Assembly (NCBI GenBank): GCA_977016875.1
Contig: CDRNST010000020.1
Location: 5,766,001 to 5,830,000 of the forward strand
DNA from: Pavona decussata
Lineage: Eukaryota
Length of the DNA: 64,000 nt
Direction: 5' to 3'
This document shows, in pieces, positions 50,501 to 61,799 of the stretch. A program made the position numbers and the translations under genes. Below the pieces are notes generated by a model that saw only the letters and a program-made list of their open reading frames with translations, had not been told where the DNA came from and made no database searches. The first letter of the stretch is position 1. Each line of letters opens with the position of its first letter.

Positions 50501-50858
50501 GGTTACCATCTGTAAAATTTCTGTCATTATGGAAGAACGCTTCCTGTTGCTGCTGTCCAAACGGGTTAAAGATAAGATTGTCTAGTCTGTTTCTTTGATT
50601 TCTTAACATGGTTCTAAGTTCATTTCTAGTTGTTTCAAAATTATTCTGTAAGCTATCATCATCAAGATTATTAAAAGGCAAGCAATTATCCAAACACTGA
50701 TAACATGTAAACACTTCATCACTGCTGGGAAGAATAGCTAATCGCAGACAATGCTTATTGTTGTGGTAATCATTAAAACAGATGGTGCACGTTATTGACC
50801 TTTGATTATGATTCACTTCATATCCACACAAGTTACAAGTTTTACTCTCTTTCCTCAT
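47562..50858 (-). CDS. LINE ORF2: PHD finger, APE endonuclease, reverse transcriptase (1098 aa)
   Basis: N-terminal Cys/His finger; HLNIRS, LTETW, GDFNID, SDHLP; NYRPIS, FLDLSKAFD, QGSILGP, LFADD. Confidence 0.95.
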   Translation of the reverse strand: MRKESKTCNLCGYEVNHNQRSITCTICFNDYHNNKHCLRLAILPSSDEVFTCYQCLDNCLPFNNLDDDSLQNNFETTRNELRTMLRNQRNRLDNLIFNPFGQQQQEAFFHNDRNFTDGNPVKTCYFYSTEEFNSSITSRHNTNNTLSLLHLNIRSIRNKFDAFLNYLQTLTHTFFIIALTETWLNDNDSNILIPGYNLTKFNRQNKVGGGICIFSRNDLNIKIRNDLTIENSASNIESLFIEILNEKSKNIIVGVIYRPPDNIFNDFESDLKIVLSRLDKRNKPCYIMGDFNIDLLKYDQCNFSNLFFNQFSSSGYIPLITRPTWITKSTATLIDNIFTNNLSHTEHLSGIMVNDISDHLPIFTITEYEMHINTVSSESGSYVTRIIDKKSLDSFSSCLETCDWLTTLSKNDPAESFKAFLAEFSDHYNKHFPVKMTKRIGTRRYNNLWITKGLRKSSKTKELLYNKFLKSPTLKNEHDYKLYRNKLNHLIRIAKKNYYCKKFSQGQNNIKLTWNTINELLGNRKSHNSLPSSFLNNENDEISDPNLITNKFNEFFVNVGPNLAMKFDDGSDEFYKFLKGNYCDSMFLHDTTCAEVNKEIDKMANKSSCGIDDINSKVVKHVAPYISLPLSHIFNLTFSTGKVPDELKVALVTPVYKSSDKNVFSNYRPISVLPCFSKILEKLMYKRLMNYVDRNKILFDHQYGFRSKSTTNYAIIELIDKITQGIENNQFTVGIFLDLSKAFDTVNHNILLKKLSFYGIRGNCLAWIKDYLTNRKQIVKYNQIRSTEMAITCGVSQGSILGPLLFLIYINDLNNSTKNLSTILFADDTNLFCSGKDINELECNINAELVNVQEWLTLNQLTLNIKKSNYIIFRTAKKQLKKSLTLKLDNKEIQRVDKTKFLGIIIDQHLTWKNHIDYITKKIIKATGMLCRIRFYVSQVLLKILYYSLIYPYLHYGNTVWANNYPTRLMKLFKLQKKALRIITFSPYTAPSLPLFIKMGLLNIYQINDLLIRSFSFSLISKSLPTYFSDLCIENTQVHGYNTRNSKHLHKCFNRTNYGKYSLRSKIVETWNKTPLEIKRSLSIHVFKKKMKQFLLFQ

Positions 50859-50990
50859 CGCAAGTTGGATAATTAGTTATTCTCAAGCGAATCTTAGTAA
50901 ATTTTGGAACGAAAAGAGATAATAATTATGGTCTAATACGTGCTTAAAACACTTATCTTTGTGGATAAGATCAAACATCTGACCCTGCTT

Positions 50991-51764
50991 TCAAAACGGT
51001 CCCCTATAACGCTGACCATTGATGTAAAGTTTGTCCTTGACTAGTTTTGCAGTATTTCCATCCTGTTTAGCTTTCTTCATAATTGGGTACAGTCGTTTTC
51101 TTGTTTCAGCAATCTCCTTGGGGAATTGCTCCACGATGCCTATCCTGGTGCCCTTGAGGAGGTATGCAGATTTCCTGACATACTCCTTATCTTGGCAACA
51201 TAGGAATTTTACGACAATCGGTCGTGGTTTGCCGTCATCTCTCTTTCCTTCGATCCTGTGTGCTCTTTCAATTTCAATCTCTTGGTTTTCGTCTATTTTC
51301 ATCTTAACTGAAAATAAATTGCGTACTGTTTTAAAAGGATCTTCCTTTTCCTTCTCTGGCAGATTGTAAAGAATCGGATTACTCCTCATTGAGCGCGCCC
51401 TGATGTCAACAATCTCGCTTTGCAACTTTTCAGTATGTGCTTCAATCGTAGCTACTTTCTTCTCCAGACTCTTGATTAAATCACTGTCCTCATTACGACT
51501 CTTGATTAATTCATCTGCAGTATTTTTGACGAATGTATAGGACTCCTTTAGTTCCTTAATGTCATTATCGACACGCGTCAGATGCTCTTCGATGGTGTCT
51601 AATTTGTCTAATTTTCGGTTCATTTGAGCAATCTCCTCCAATATTTTGCCGAGCTTTGATTCCTCCGCATCGTTAACTTTAAGTACCTTTGGGCTGGGCT
51701 TCATTGGGGTACTTGCAACAGAATTATTGAGATCTTTTGCGGTGCGCTTAAATTTGCTTGCCAT
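50991..51764 (-). CDS. LINE ORF1 (coiled-coil + RRM/CTD)
   Basis: Heptad region, then RSMRSN...IERAHRI...PRPIVVKF...EQFP...DKLYING. Confidence 0.9.
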   Translation of the reverse strand: MASKFKRTAKDLNNSVASTPMKPSPKVLKVNDAEESKLGKILEEIAQMNRKLDKLDTIEEHLTRVDNDIKELKESYTFVKNTADELIKSRNEDSDLIKSLEKKVATIEAHTEKLQSEIVDIRARSMRSNPILYNLPEKEKEDPFKTVRNLFSVKMKIDENQEIEIERAHRIEGKRDDGKPRPIVVKFLCCQDKEYVRKSAYLLKGTRIGIVEQFPKEIAETRKRLYPIMKKAKQDGNTAKLVKDKLYINGQRYRGPF

Positions 51765-53761
51765 ACCTGATACCTGATACCTGATACCTCAATCAATGAA
51801 TTAGTGTAAAGTATAGAGTTAAATACCTTAAACTGAAAGGCCTGAACGTATGGCTCAAAAGCAACTGAATGGGGAAGACAGAAAGCTTTTTTCAACGCCT
51901 CATCAGATAAATTAAATTCACACTTTAGTTTTTGCGCATGATTAGGGAAGCGTGCCTTTTTACAGACAAAAAGGGAATAGTAATCTTTAGATTTCTTTTT
52001 AGTTACATCGAAAAGACCACTGTCAGTTTTGAAGGATGGATTTAGGACTATGGGATTCGGTTTATAATTAGCATTTCTTAAATTGAGCGGTATGGAGTGG
52101 CGTAGACCAGTCCATTGCAGAAAATTCGTCTTCTCTATGTAGTTTGCCTGTAATTCATAAGAGTCGATATTATTAAGATCAAAGCGTAAGTCGCCCACAG
52201 TTCGAATCCCATTATTGAAGTACCTTTTATAGAAAACTGGTTTATTGTTTATTCGTATTTCTTGATTATTCCGAATAAAGTAATGCCAGTTAGTATCATT
52301 TGCATTGTCTTTGCGAAACTCAGACGACCATTTCAATAACTCTGCATAGAATTGAGAATTAATATTTAAGTCTTTAATATTATAATTGCAATTAAAAAGA
52401 ACCAGACCACCTGTTTCTTTTAGAAGATATTCTAAATAGCTTTTCCATACGCCTGAATTATCACCAAAGATTCTTTTCAGCCAGGAGAGGCGGAGAGATT
52501 TGATCATGCTTTCAATATCAACCATTTTGAGGCCACCTCCCTCATAATAATTTATTGCAGATACTCTAGTTACTTTGTCTTTACCTTTCCATAGGAAATT
52601 GTATATCAAATAGTTTAATTCTTTCACTATATGTTCAGGGGTAGGTAGCAAAGAAGATATGTAAACAACTTTCGGCAAGAGCAGAGTTTTGATAATAGTA
52701 ACCTTCCTGTAAAGGGATAACCCCCTGCAGGACCAGATATTAATTAATTTTTTTATCTTGTCAAGCCTTTCTGAGAAGTTTTTTTGAAAGAGAAGTTTTT
52801 TATCATATGAAAAGAAGACTCCAAGGGCTTTTATTGGATCGCTCGGCCATTTGATTCCGAGCGGCTTCATTTCATTTCCTTTCAGCGATCCCAGCCACAT
52901 TCCCTCTGTCTTTGAGCTATTGACCTTTAAACCTGATATATTTTTAAAATTCTCTAGCAAGTGAAAGAGTATGTGGGCCGACTCTATGTCAGCGAGAACG
53001 GCAGTTGTATCATCAGCATATTGTAATAATTTGGTCTCTTGTTGTTCAATTACAATTCCCTTTATTTCGAGGGGATCGGGAATTGTGTGAAGCACTGAAC
53101 AATTTGCCTTGTTGTTGATCAGTATTGCAGTTCCACATGAATTTGGGCTACCGTGTGAAAAAAGCATTTTTCCGCCCCATTCATTTTTCCATTGTATTTC
53201 TGTTGTTTTGTTTGAGTGCGTTTCTTGTAAAAAAATCACATCTGCGCTCTTTCTGCGACACCAGGTGAAAATTGTACGTCTTTTTTTGAAGTTGCTAATT
53301 CCCCTCACATTCAGAGACATTATTTTTAAAGTAGCTGACATGTTCTACCTGCGTAAACAATGAATTCCATATATAAGATCTGAAATTCCGAATAAACAGC
53401 TGAGGGTTGACGGACTTACGAACTTCCGTAAAAAATAAATTCCTGATTGTTTTGAAGTAAATACAAAAGAAATCATTCTTCGCTTAATACTCAACAGTGT
53501 GAACTTTGCAAACAAACATCCCACTAAACTAAGACTGACTAAAATACAACCGCAAATGACATATAAAGGAACACACACATTACTCCTCTCTAAGAATGCA
53601 AGATGGAATAATATAAACTCCATCCAACATTCAGAACTCCGTCGAACTTGTTAGCCCCTTATTCCAATTGAAACACTTTAGGCCCGCCAAATCAGAATTC
53701 TCGTAACATCATTTTATGTAAACATTAGAAATCGCAACCGACAGAGCGCAATCAAAAGCGC

Positions 53762-54375
53762 ATTCTCTAGCCAAACGGATCTTCAGGCTAGGCCCCAGTT
53801 GGCGTACCGTAAGACTTCATCCTTTAAAGGGTCATTAAGGAAGGTGGGATGGTGCAAGTGTCCCTATCGGCCGTGGGGGCGGCTGCCCTGAAACGCGCCT
53901 CCTGAAATCGGGACAGCGTCAGCGATGTCATTAGATACCCCAGGAACGTGGCGTGCCGCACAAAAAAGTTGTGTTTCATGGAAGTAAGGGTAAGGGATCT
54001 GAGAAAGTCCATAATGTGAGGGGCTTTTGAATGACCTGAGTCGATGATAGCAACCACCGACTCATTGTCGCACCAGAATTGGAGGCGTTTCCCCATGGGG
54101 GTACCAAATAGCACAAGCCACAACAATGGGGAAAAGTTCCTGCCACTCAATGCTAATCCCTTTGTCTTTGCAAAGCACCATGTGTGGGGGCCACCTTCCC
54201 TGCAACCATTTCCCATTAAAGTACCCCCCAAAATCAATGGTACTAGCAGCGTCGGTGAATAGTTCCATATGGGGAGAAGGGGAAATGGAGGAGTTTAGAA
54301 AAAAAGAGCGACCATTCCACCCAGTAAGGAAAGTTTCCCACATAGAAAGATCCTTGGTAAGGCGGATAAATTGGA
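53762..54375 (-). mobile_element. DIRS/Ngaro RT-RNase H C-terminal fragment
   Basis: WNGRSFF, LFTDAAS, ELFPIVVA, FWCDNESVV, NDIADALSRFQ, with frameshifts. Confidence 0.85.
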
Positions 54376-54849
54376 ATGACCCTTACCCATGTTAGAATCT
54401 ATGACATCATTTGCCTTCTCTGCCATGCGATCACATTCGATCTCATAGAGTAGGCTGTGGAGCTCACATGTTTAAACCTTTCCCCTCACCTGATATGGTT
54501 TTCCCTCGCACTCAAAGTCGAAATACTCCCCATCACTGTCTTCACTATCTATGGTAGCTTCACTGTCCTCCCCATCTCCACTATCTTCATTATCTGCCCT
54601 GTGAACTTCCTGGTGTACCTCACCCCCCGTCTGCTTGTGCGCCCTTCACTGCCTGACCCCAAGAGTCTTGTGCCACCAGCAGTTGTGCCTGTGTCCTTAT
54701 CACATCCTCCACAAGAGCAGACATACTGGGGATGCCATGGACATTTGTCACTCTTCCCACCTGCATCAGTCCATTGATGGATATCTCGGGAATGATATTA
54801 CTCCAAAATACGCATACTCATTAGGAGTATTCCCACACTGCTTTAAGGC

Positions 54850-55700
54850 AGAGAAATGGTTACTTTTAGCTCTAGCCAGAAGTGTCTGACATACATCCAC
54901 AGTTCTTGGAATGTGGCCTCTTGCCTGCACATTCGCACTTTGCTGTTTTCAGCTGAGGATAGTCCTTTAGTTTACTGGCAATGAAGGACTGGTCTACTGA
55001 GTTCTTAGATTTGTAGTCCTTTAAATTGTTGGCATGTGAACGACCCACGTGACCCCCACAAAGCATAATGCAACTTAGGGAGCTATGGGGAAAAACATAC
55101 CAAAATGATTTAGCTGACAAGGAGTCGGCATCTTGCCAATTAATGGCAACCACCATTCCCTCCTCTTTAGCCTTACCAAACACACCTCAGCCAAGTGCCC
55201 CTCAGCTGCTTTGAAGTCCCTTCCCACAAGTCGCTGTCACTTACATTATTGGACCCCCTCATACAGGCGTGCCCGTAATACAATGTATGCCCACTCAAAA
55301 AATCGACAACAACAAAAGTACAACATTGACTACGATGTCCTCTAATTAGCCAACAGCCACCAGAGGTAGTAACTGCCCTATTCCAGCTGCCAAGCCTTGA
55401 GGACTCCTTACTTTTCATTTCATTCTTGCCCCATTTGCAAATTTCATCAAGAATTGATTTCACGAATGGATGTGCAACTTTGATGCTATTATAAAAATTA
55501 CCATATGCTTAAGTTTGAATCCCCAATCCCAAGTTTAAAATTTTATCGTATAAAGGGTAACCATGGCCCCAAATCAAAAAGCAAAGGCCCAAGGCAAGCA
55601 AAACACAGTTTCTTCTCCTTTCTCTTAGGCACACCATGCTGCTGGCATACTCCAAGCAGACTCCACAGCCATTGCAAACTATCTTGATTTTCACTGCTTC
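54850..55700 (-). pseudogene. Second Mutator-like/Kolobok-related transposase fragment
   Basis: WNRAVTTSGGCWLIRG, LWEGTSK, INWQDADS, MLCGGHVGRSH; same family as 36031..36488. Confidence 0.72.
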
Positions 55701-56479
55701 ACCCGAGCCCTTGCTTTCAACTGCTGTGGGTACAAGTAAACCTGTTGAGTAAAGTTGAAGAAGTTAGTGCCACTGCCAATTATTGTATATTGAGTCAAAC
55801 TAGTAGGTGATGTGAATTACTACATAAGAGCAGATTTCCCGCAGGGCTATGCAGATAAGATTGATATACACATGAGGTCAAAATGTTTTGGTAGGCGGCA
55901 GTTTTGTTCCCTTCAACGAAACATCTGCTCCCTGTTTCACACAAACCTTGATATAAAGTGTCTACTAGATGCCTACTACCCAAGCCATCTTGCCCACCAC
56001 TCAAATCAATTTTGACTGGGCTGCAAATATGTGGAAAGCCACCAACATTTGCATAAAGTGCATCAGTGATGCTTCCAAAACAGCACCTTGCTTTACCTAT
56101 GAATTTTTCAAACTGTTGGCTTGCAAATCATGTGCGACAAATATTTATTAACACAGGTTGACTATTTAAGGTAAGAAAATGTCTGTATGACAAATGTAAC
56201 CATTATCCCTTATTTCCTAGAGGCAATTAATTCCCTCTAACAAAGGCTTATATGAAAATATGGACAGCGTAAGCCATCACATTAGTTAACCATACAGTAT
56301 TTAGCTGTCCCCTAACTAGTCTACCCATGGTCCTGTCAAATAAGGTCACCATGGAGAACATTAGTTTGATGAACAACCTAAAATGTGAGTATCTTTTTAC
56401 CAGAAATAGCCCACAAACCAAGATGATGACTGTGACTCAGTGTCTGATTCATAGTCTGACACCATTCCCACATTGTCAT

Positions 56480-56780
56480 CTCCAACATGGTCATCGTTCT
56501 TTTAAGTGAAGACAACTTCTTGTTCATGCTCCTCTTCTTCCTGTACAGCCATCTATGAATTTACTGGAAGTTAAAACGCTCTGGGAAATTAAGGTTTGGT
56601 TCTTGACACACCACTTGCATGTCGTGCTGTTTTCACCATCTTTTAACCATGGACTGCCAACTTGCCATTTTGAAGAAAATTTCCTCCGTCTCGTCTTCTC
56701 GCAATCTCTACCATCTGACTTTTGAGGAGTTTCTTTCACAACCTTTTTGTTGTGAGTTATATCTTCACATTTTCAAATCG
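56480..56780 (-). pseudogene. hAT transposase N-terminal zinc-finger fragment
   Basis: RRRKFSSKWQVGSPWLK...TCKWC...FIDGC. Confidence 0.55.
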
Positions 56781-57199
56781 AAAACACGTAAGGGAATACA
56801 CTAGACCAGGAGACGTCCTGCACTAAACTACTGCCAGCATAATTCTGTTCATTTAATGTCTATCACCATCAGATTTTGTTCTCAGTGGCATTGTGAAGGT
56901 GTTTGGTGATCACACCAATTTGGTTTGGCTTATCTGCCAGTTTCTATGGTCATACCCCCCCCCCCCCCCCCACCCGTCTAAAAAAAGATGGACAAATCCT
57001 ATGTAAATGCAAATGTTACTAACTTGTTTACTTTGGCAATTAAAATTTACCCAACAGTTGCCAATTTCCCATTCTTTTTCCAGTGGGGTTCCCATATCTT
57101 TGTTGTTTAGCTTAAAGAACAATAGGTAGAGAGGTAGAGAAAGACTGTGCTAGACTAAACTCTAGCGAAATCTGAAGTATAAACTAGCCACTTAATCTT

Positions 57200-57550
57200 C
57201 TGAGGTCCACGTCAAGTTTAATTTGAATAGCAGAGCTGCCTGCAGGGTCTGTTTTCACATATATATTGTCTCCAGTTTTGATTGCCTCTTTTATCTCTAA
57301 CCTTTTTGAATAATTGAGATCTTGAGACAGTCAAATGTTCGTTTATATAGATTCTGTCAGTTCCTTCGATAAATCCTTCAAAATTTGCTCTGCGTAGCTT
57401 TTTCCTGATCATGTATAATCTATTCCTACTGTAATAATTGGTAAATCAGCTATAATCGGCTTAGGTTGAGTGCTACCTTTCTTCATGCGGTGTGCTTTAT
57501 CGATATCTTCAGGCTCTAGATTGACATTCAAGCTTTTAAGCTTGTTCTTA
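57200..57550 (-). pseudogene. LINE ORF1 fragment
   Basis: DIDKAHRM...KPIIA and RIYINEHLT...LFKKVR motifs. Confidence 0.7.
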
Positions 57551-58603
57551 CTGTAACAGTGACTCTGTTTGTGTTCTTTGATTAATGATAGAGAAAGCAA
57601 CAGTGTATTGAAGGTAAGTGCAAGTGTAAGTAAGTAGAAGTCATCTAAGTAACCCATCGCACAGAAACTGGCGACGGGTCAAAGTTTTCACTAGCCTCAG
57701 GCCCTCTAGAAGGCCTCATTTAATCATTGTAATGATTTTTCGAAGGAAAATTTAAAAGCACAACCGAAATACAACAATGACTTGGTAGGGGCCCCTGATC
57801 AAAAAGTGTGGAAGCTTAAATTAAAGATAGATCAATCACGGTGTACAACTTGGTGAGGATAAAAGCTCCGAGATACTAACAGCAGATCAAATATCTTTTA
57901 GAGGCTAAAACCTACCTTGGCAGAGGTAAAAAAGTGTGGAATATAGCAGTACACGAACTCTTCGACCACCTAAATACAAATCAAAGGCACTGAACAAAAA
58001 GTGTGGAAGGTCAAAAAGAAGATCTACCTGTGTGTTTAATATAAACAGTAAAAGACTAAAATATCGCTACATCTAACGGCTATCTTTTCTGTCTTGAAAT
58101 TCCCCTGTTTCCACCATTCAGCAAGTGGTAAATAGTGTAAAATGCCTTCCTCAACAACCGCAGCTTTTCCCTTTGATAGGTTGCCTCTTGGCTGCCATTT
58201 TTGTGGCTACTGCCTTTTGGGATAAGTCCATAAATCAGAAGCTTTCAGAATTGCAGAATTTACCCGAAGGTTGGGTCAAGTTCACAATGACAAGTTGACG
58301 AGATCTCAGTTGACTTTATTCGTACGGAAGATCCTTGTATTCAATTTTTTGTCAAGGGGGCAATTTGTGGTTCTTGGAAGGAAAACACAGGTTTTCAATA
58401 CTGTAAATCAAAAAAACAACTTCTAAGGAACACTCGGCTGCTTAAAAAGAGGAAATCAGTGATTTCATAGCGAAGAAATTCCTGTTCGCGGTTTTGTTTC
58501 AAGGCAAAACGTGTGATCGTAAACAAGATCTGCAAATCATCACGTGAGCTGTAGACATTCTCAGAAATTTTTGCGTGCTCCTGGGAATCCACTTTACAAA
58601 ATA

Positions 58604-58779
58604 CAGTCGACTCCGGATAACTCGAACCCTCACTAACTTGAACCTCCCGCTAACTCGAACCAATTTTCCTTTCCTCTAAGGTAATTTTCTATATAATTTT
58701 ACCCTCGATAACTCGAACTCTCAATAACTCGAACCTTTTTCAATTTCCCTTGAAGGTTCGAGTTATCGGGAGTCGACTG
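58604..58779. mobile_element. pogo/Tigger-type MITE
   Basis: TA|CAGTCGACTCC.GATAACTCGAACC ... GGTTCGAGTTATCGGGAGTCGACTG|TA. Confidence 0.88.
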
Positions 58780-59099
58780 TACTACAGGTTTGAATATGAA
58801 TTTCACCATGCTTTATGTTAAATTGATTGATTTTTCATATTTCAAATAGCTTTGGCGAAATTTTCGAAAAATGTACTGATCAGTAGCACAGTTCATATGT
58901 ACAACAGTGTAACATGCCAAAAAAATACAAAATATTCTCAAAATCTTCAAAAATCAATTGAATGCCTTTATTTGCAGAAAGTGTAAAGCTCCATCACTAA
59001 ATTACTTCATTTTATCACATTTCGCTCAATTTCCAACCATTTCTCTATTACCCACGATGCATTGCGGCCCCATCCATTTTGAATTGCTTGTGCTTTGAT

Positions 59100-61672
59100 A
59101 CTTGTTCTTTTTTTATATTCCTATAGTCATCCGTTTCGTCGCTTGTTGAAACAACACTCCATTGCTTGTCACCTTCAGTAGGTAATAATCACAGGAGTCA
59201 TCCTCTTCTGCAGCAATGGCGATGATGCTGTCCTTGCCTACAACATCAGCAACGTGAAGATGGACTGGCTCTGCATGAGTTGTTTGATCACCTTGTGAGC
59301 GTGTTACTGCAGGGATGCCTCTCTCTCTAACTTGATTTCCTCAAAATCATCCACCAGATCTTTATTCTTACAAGCAGGATAGTTCTCATACAGGCATTCA
59401 TCGCAGTAACAAGAGCGCTCCCTGACATTGACCTTCAGTTGCTGGGGAAAAGTGACCACTGAGTACAGTTTTCTTATGCCTTTGATGGTGTTGAATTGAC
59501 GGCCTCCTTGATTACGGGGAATAGCTTCCTCTCCTTCTGTTGGTACATAGTAAAAGGTTCTCCTCTTGAGACTCACCGCAGTTGAACGGGAGGGAAATGA
59601 AGACTGTGCAGGCTTCGAGAAGTTTGCAGTTCGGTGATTGCAGAGCTGCTTTGCATTGGTGATGTTGGCTCTTCCACGTATAACAGCAAGTGAGGCTTGC
59701 TGTTTTACATGAGACCCTGCAGCATCCTGCTCACCTTTGGGGTGTGATGTCTCCAAGAAATTGCAGTGGATTGGAAGGCCAAAATCAGCAACACAGCATG
59801 AAAGATCCCCAATGCAGTGTCTCGACTTGTATTGAGCTGCACATCCATCTGTGAACTCATGCATTTTATTTACTCTTATCTTCAGATCTTGGGTCAGGTA
59901 GTTTGCGATGAGTGACTGGGCATGATGTACAAAGTCAAAATCCTGCACCAGGTCATTGCTGATCACAAAGACATGTTCTTTGATGACAGCAGGTTCCTCA
60001 GCAGTGCTCTCCTATCCATCAGCTTCCGTTGTGGCGTGGCAAAACATCACAGTGATGTGGAGGCTAGCCTTGTTGACGTCAAAGTATTGGGACTGTATTT
60101 CATTTTGTCCCCTGCAGGCATAACTCTCCGAATAGTTGTGAATGCAGATGACACGCCGGTAGGGTGATTTTCCAGTAGATCATCAAGGTGCTTCTTCTGC
60201 CAGATGGCCATGAACTGCTGATGGGGATAGGCATCAAGCAGCTTGAAGTACTGGAAAAGTTCCTTTGGTGGAGTTTCCCTTTGTACAAGGGCGATTTTCT
60301 TCTGCTTTTCCCCAGATGATGTCAGCTTTCCAGTCTCCACATAGTCAAATCGCCTCCACTTGACCATACCTCTCTCTGAGCTTTCTTCCGGTAAAAGCCT
60401 GAAGAGACGTGTTCCACAGTTGACACGTTCTCTGTTTATGCAAGAAAACTTGTGGAACTCATTCCCTTCAGGCTTTGGACACAGAGTTAGTTCCACAGCT
60501 TCTTTGACTGACAGTGGCACTGGTGGATTGTCAGCGTGGGCAGCTTCATTCAGAACACTTTTTCGAAACTTTATGCATTCGCTAAAGATCAGCTTTGCTT
60601 CCTCATGCTTCGGCACAAACCGGATCGCCTATCTCTTTCTCTAGCTCCTTTCACAAAGTAAGGCTTCAACTGTTCAAATTTGCGCTGTGAAATTGTTATC
60701 TTAGGATGCTGTGCACAAAAGTTGAAAAATGCTTCACTTTTGTCTGCCCCAGCATGTGCTTTGTATGCTCTAAGTACTGGTTATCCAATTATCCCCATTT
60801 GGCCTGCTTGCCTCATAGGTCCAGAAATGACATATTGTCTGCTTTACTTCTTCCTTCACTGAATCAATTCTGGGCTTTCTCTTTGAACAGCCAGCTGGGT
60901 TTATCTCCCTTTAGCATATCAGCCCTGCATTTTATACCCTTGCTGATACTCCGTCTATCAAGAGAAGCCAACTTTGTAGCAGTGGAGGTCATTCTTTTCT
61001 TTTTCAATGTTTCTCCAAATGCCAGAGACTTCATAGCTCCAAAGGCAGCTCTACCTTCATTTTTGTTGTCACGTTTCAGGACCTTTAAAGCGCTGCTTAG
61101 GTCAGTTGCTACTGCTCATAACGCCTCAACTTCTTTTTCCTCTTCAGGAGATTTCACCAGTCCTTTTTTCTGGAGGGCTGTTCTGGTTTGAGGGCTATTA
61201 ACTACGTTCTCTATAATTTCAACCTTTTTTCCTGGCGTTTTTGGCAATTTTTTTTTTTTTTGGTTTTGTCAACAGCCCTTGTTTTGGCCATATGGCTCCT
61301 GAATGAAGAAGCAGGTGAAAGTTCTTTGGTAGGTTCACCTGTAATGATGTCTCGGTCTATAGGTTCAGCTGAAATCTCTCCTTTCTTTTCTTGTCTCTGA
61401 ATCTCTTCTGTCTTTCCTGTGCTTTTTCTCTTCTCTTTTGTTCTTCTTCCTCTTGTTTCTATTTAACTTCACGCCTTCTTCTAGAGCCAGCATCATGAAA
61501 TTCTTGAGCTTTAGCCAAGCCACGTGTTTGAACTGAGCCTCTTCATTTGTTCTCTTGCCTTTCCCTTCAAATTTTTCTTGATTTTTATTGTACCATTTTT
61601 TCTTTTAAGCTTGCTTTCTTTTTCTTTTTTCTCTCTCCATTCTTTTGTGCGATTTTTCTTTGCATTCTCCAT
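59100..61672 (-). pseudogene. Sola2-like DDD transposase, multiply frameshifted
   Basis: ATG at 61672 (MENAKKNRTKEWRE); NYSESY..QDEIQSQYF, HEFTDGCAAQYKSRH, ETSHPKGEQDAAG, RERSCYCDEC. Confidence 0.7.
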
Positions 61673-61799
61673 ATCTCTTGTAGCGTGAACCTAATACTCG
61701 CATGAAACTGGAAGTATTTTTCCTTTGGTCCAGGACGGAACGTCACTTCCGGCATACCCCTCTAAAAAGCCAGGTTACCAATGCTTTCTTTTACGATCA

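Larger units (their letters stand above)
47321..51796 (-). mobile_element. Near full-length CR1/L2-group (Crack/Daphne-like) LINE
   Basis: ORF1 plus ORF2, 3' stem-loop, (CATT)n tail; TSD TGAATT at 47315-20 and 51797-802. Confidence 0.9.
46712..53760 (-). mobile_element. Tx1/L1-clade LINE, internally deleted and interrupted by a CR1/L2-group LINE
   Basis: ORF2 51803..53341 (SLNVRG, FLQETH, LQYADD) continues at 47320 with KLHKIG...CSFC..ETIQHLFYNC...KKW. A-rich 3' end near 46712; 5' limit approximate. Confidence 0.85.

Noticed and set aside
50044-51369. Plus-strand ORFs overlapping the LINE (and similar ORFs opposite other TE genes)
   Set aside because: Antisense shadows of real coding frames with no independent motifs.
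51701-51802. C-terminus of the listed 546-aa ORF
   Set aside because: It is read-through into the nested LINE; the true Tx1 continuation is at 47320 and below.
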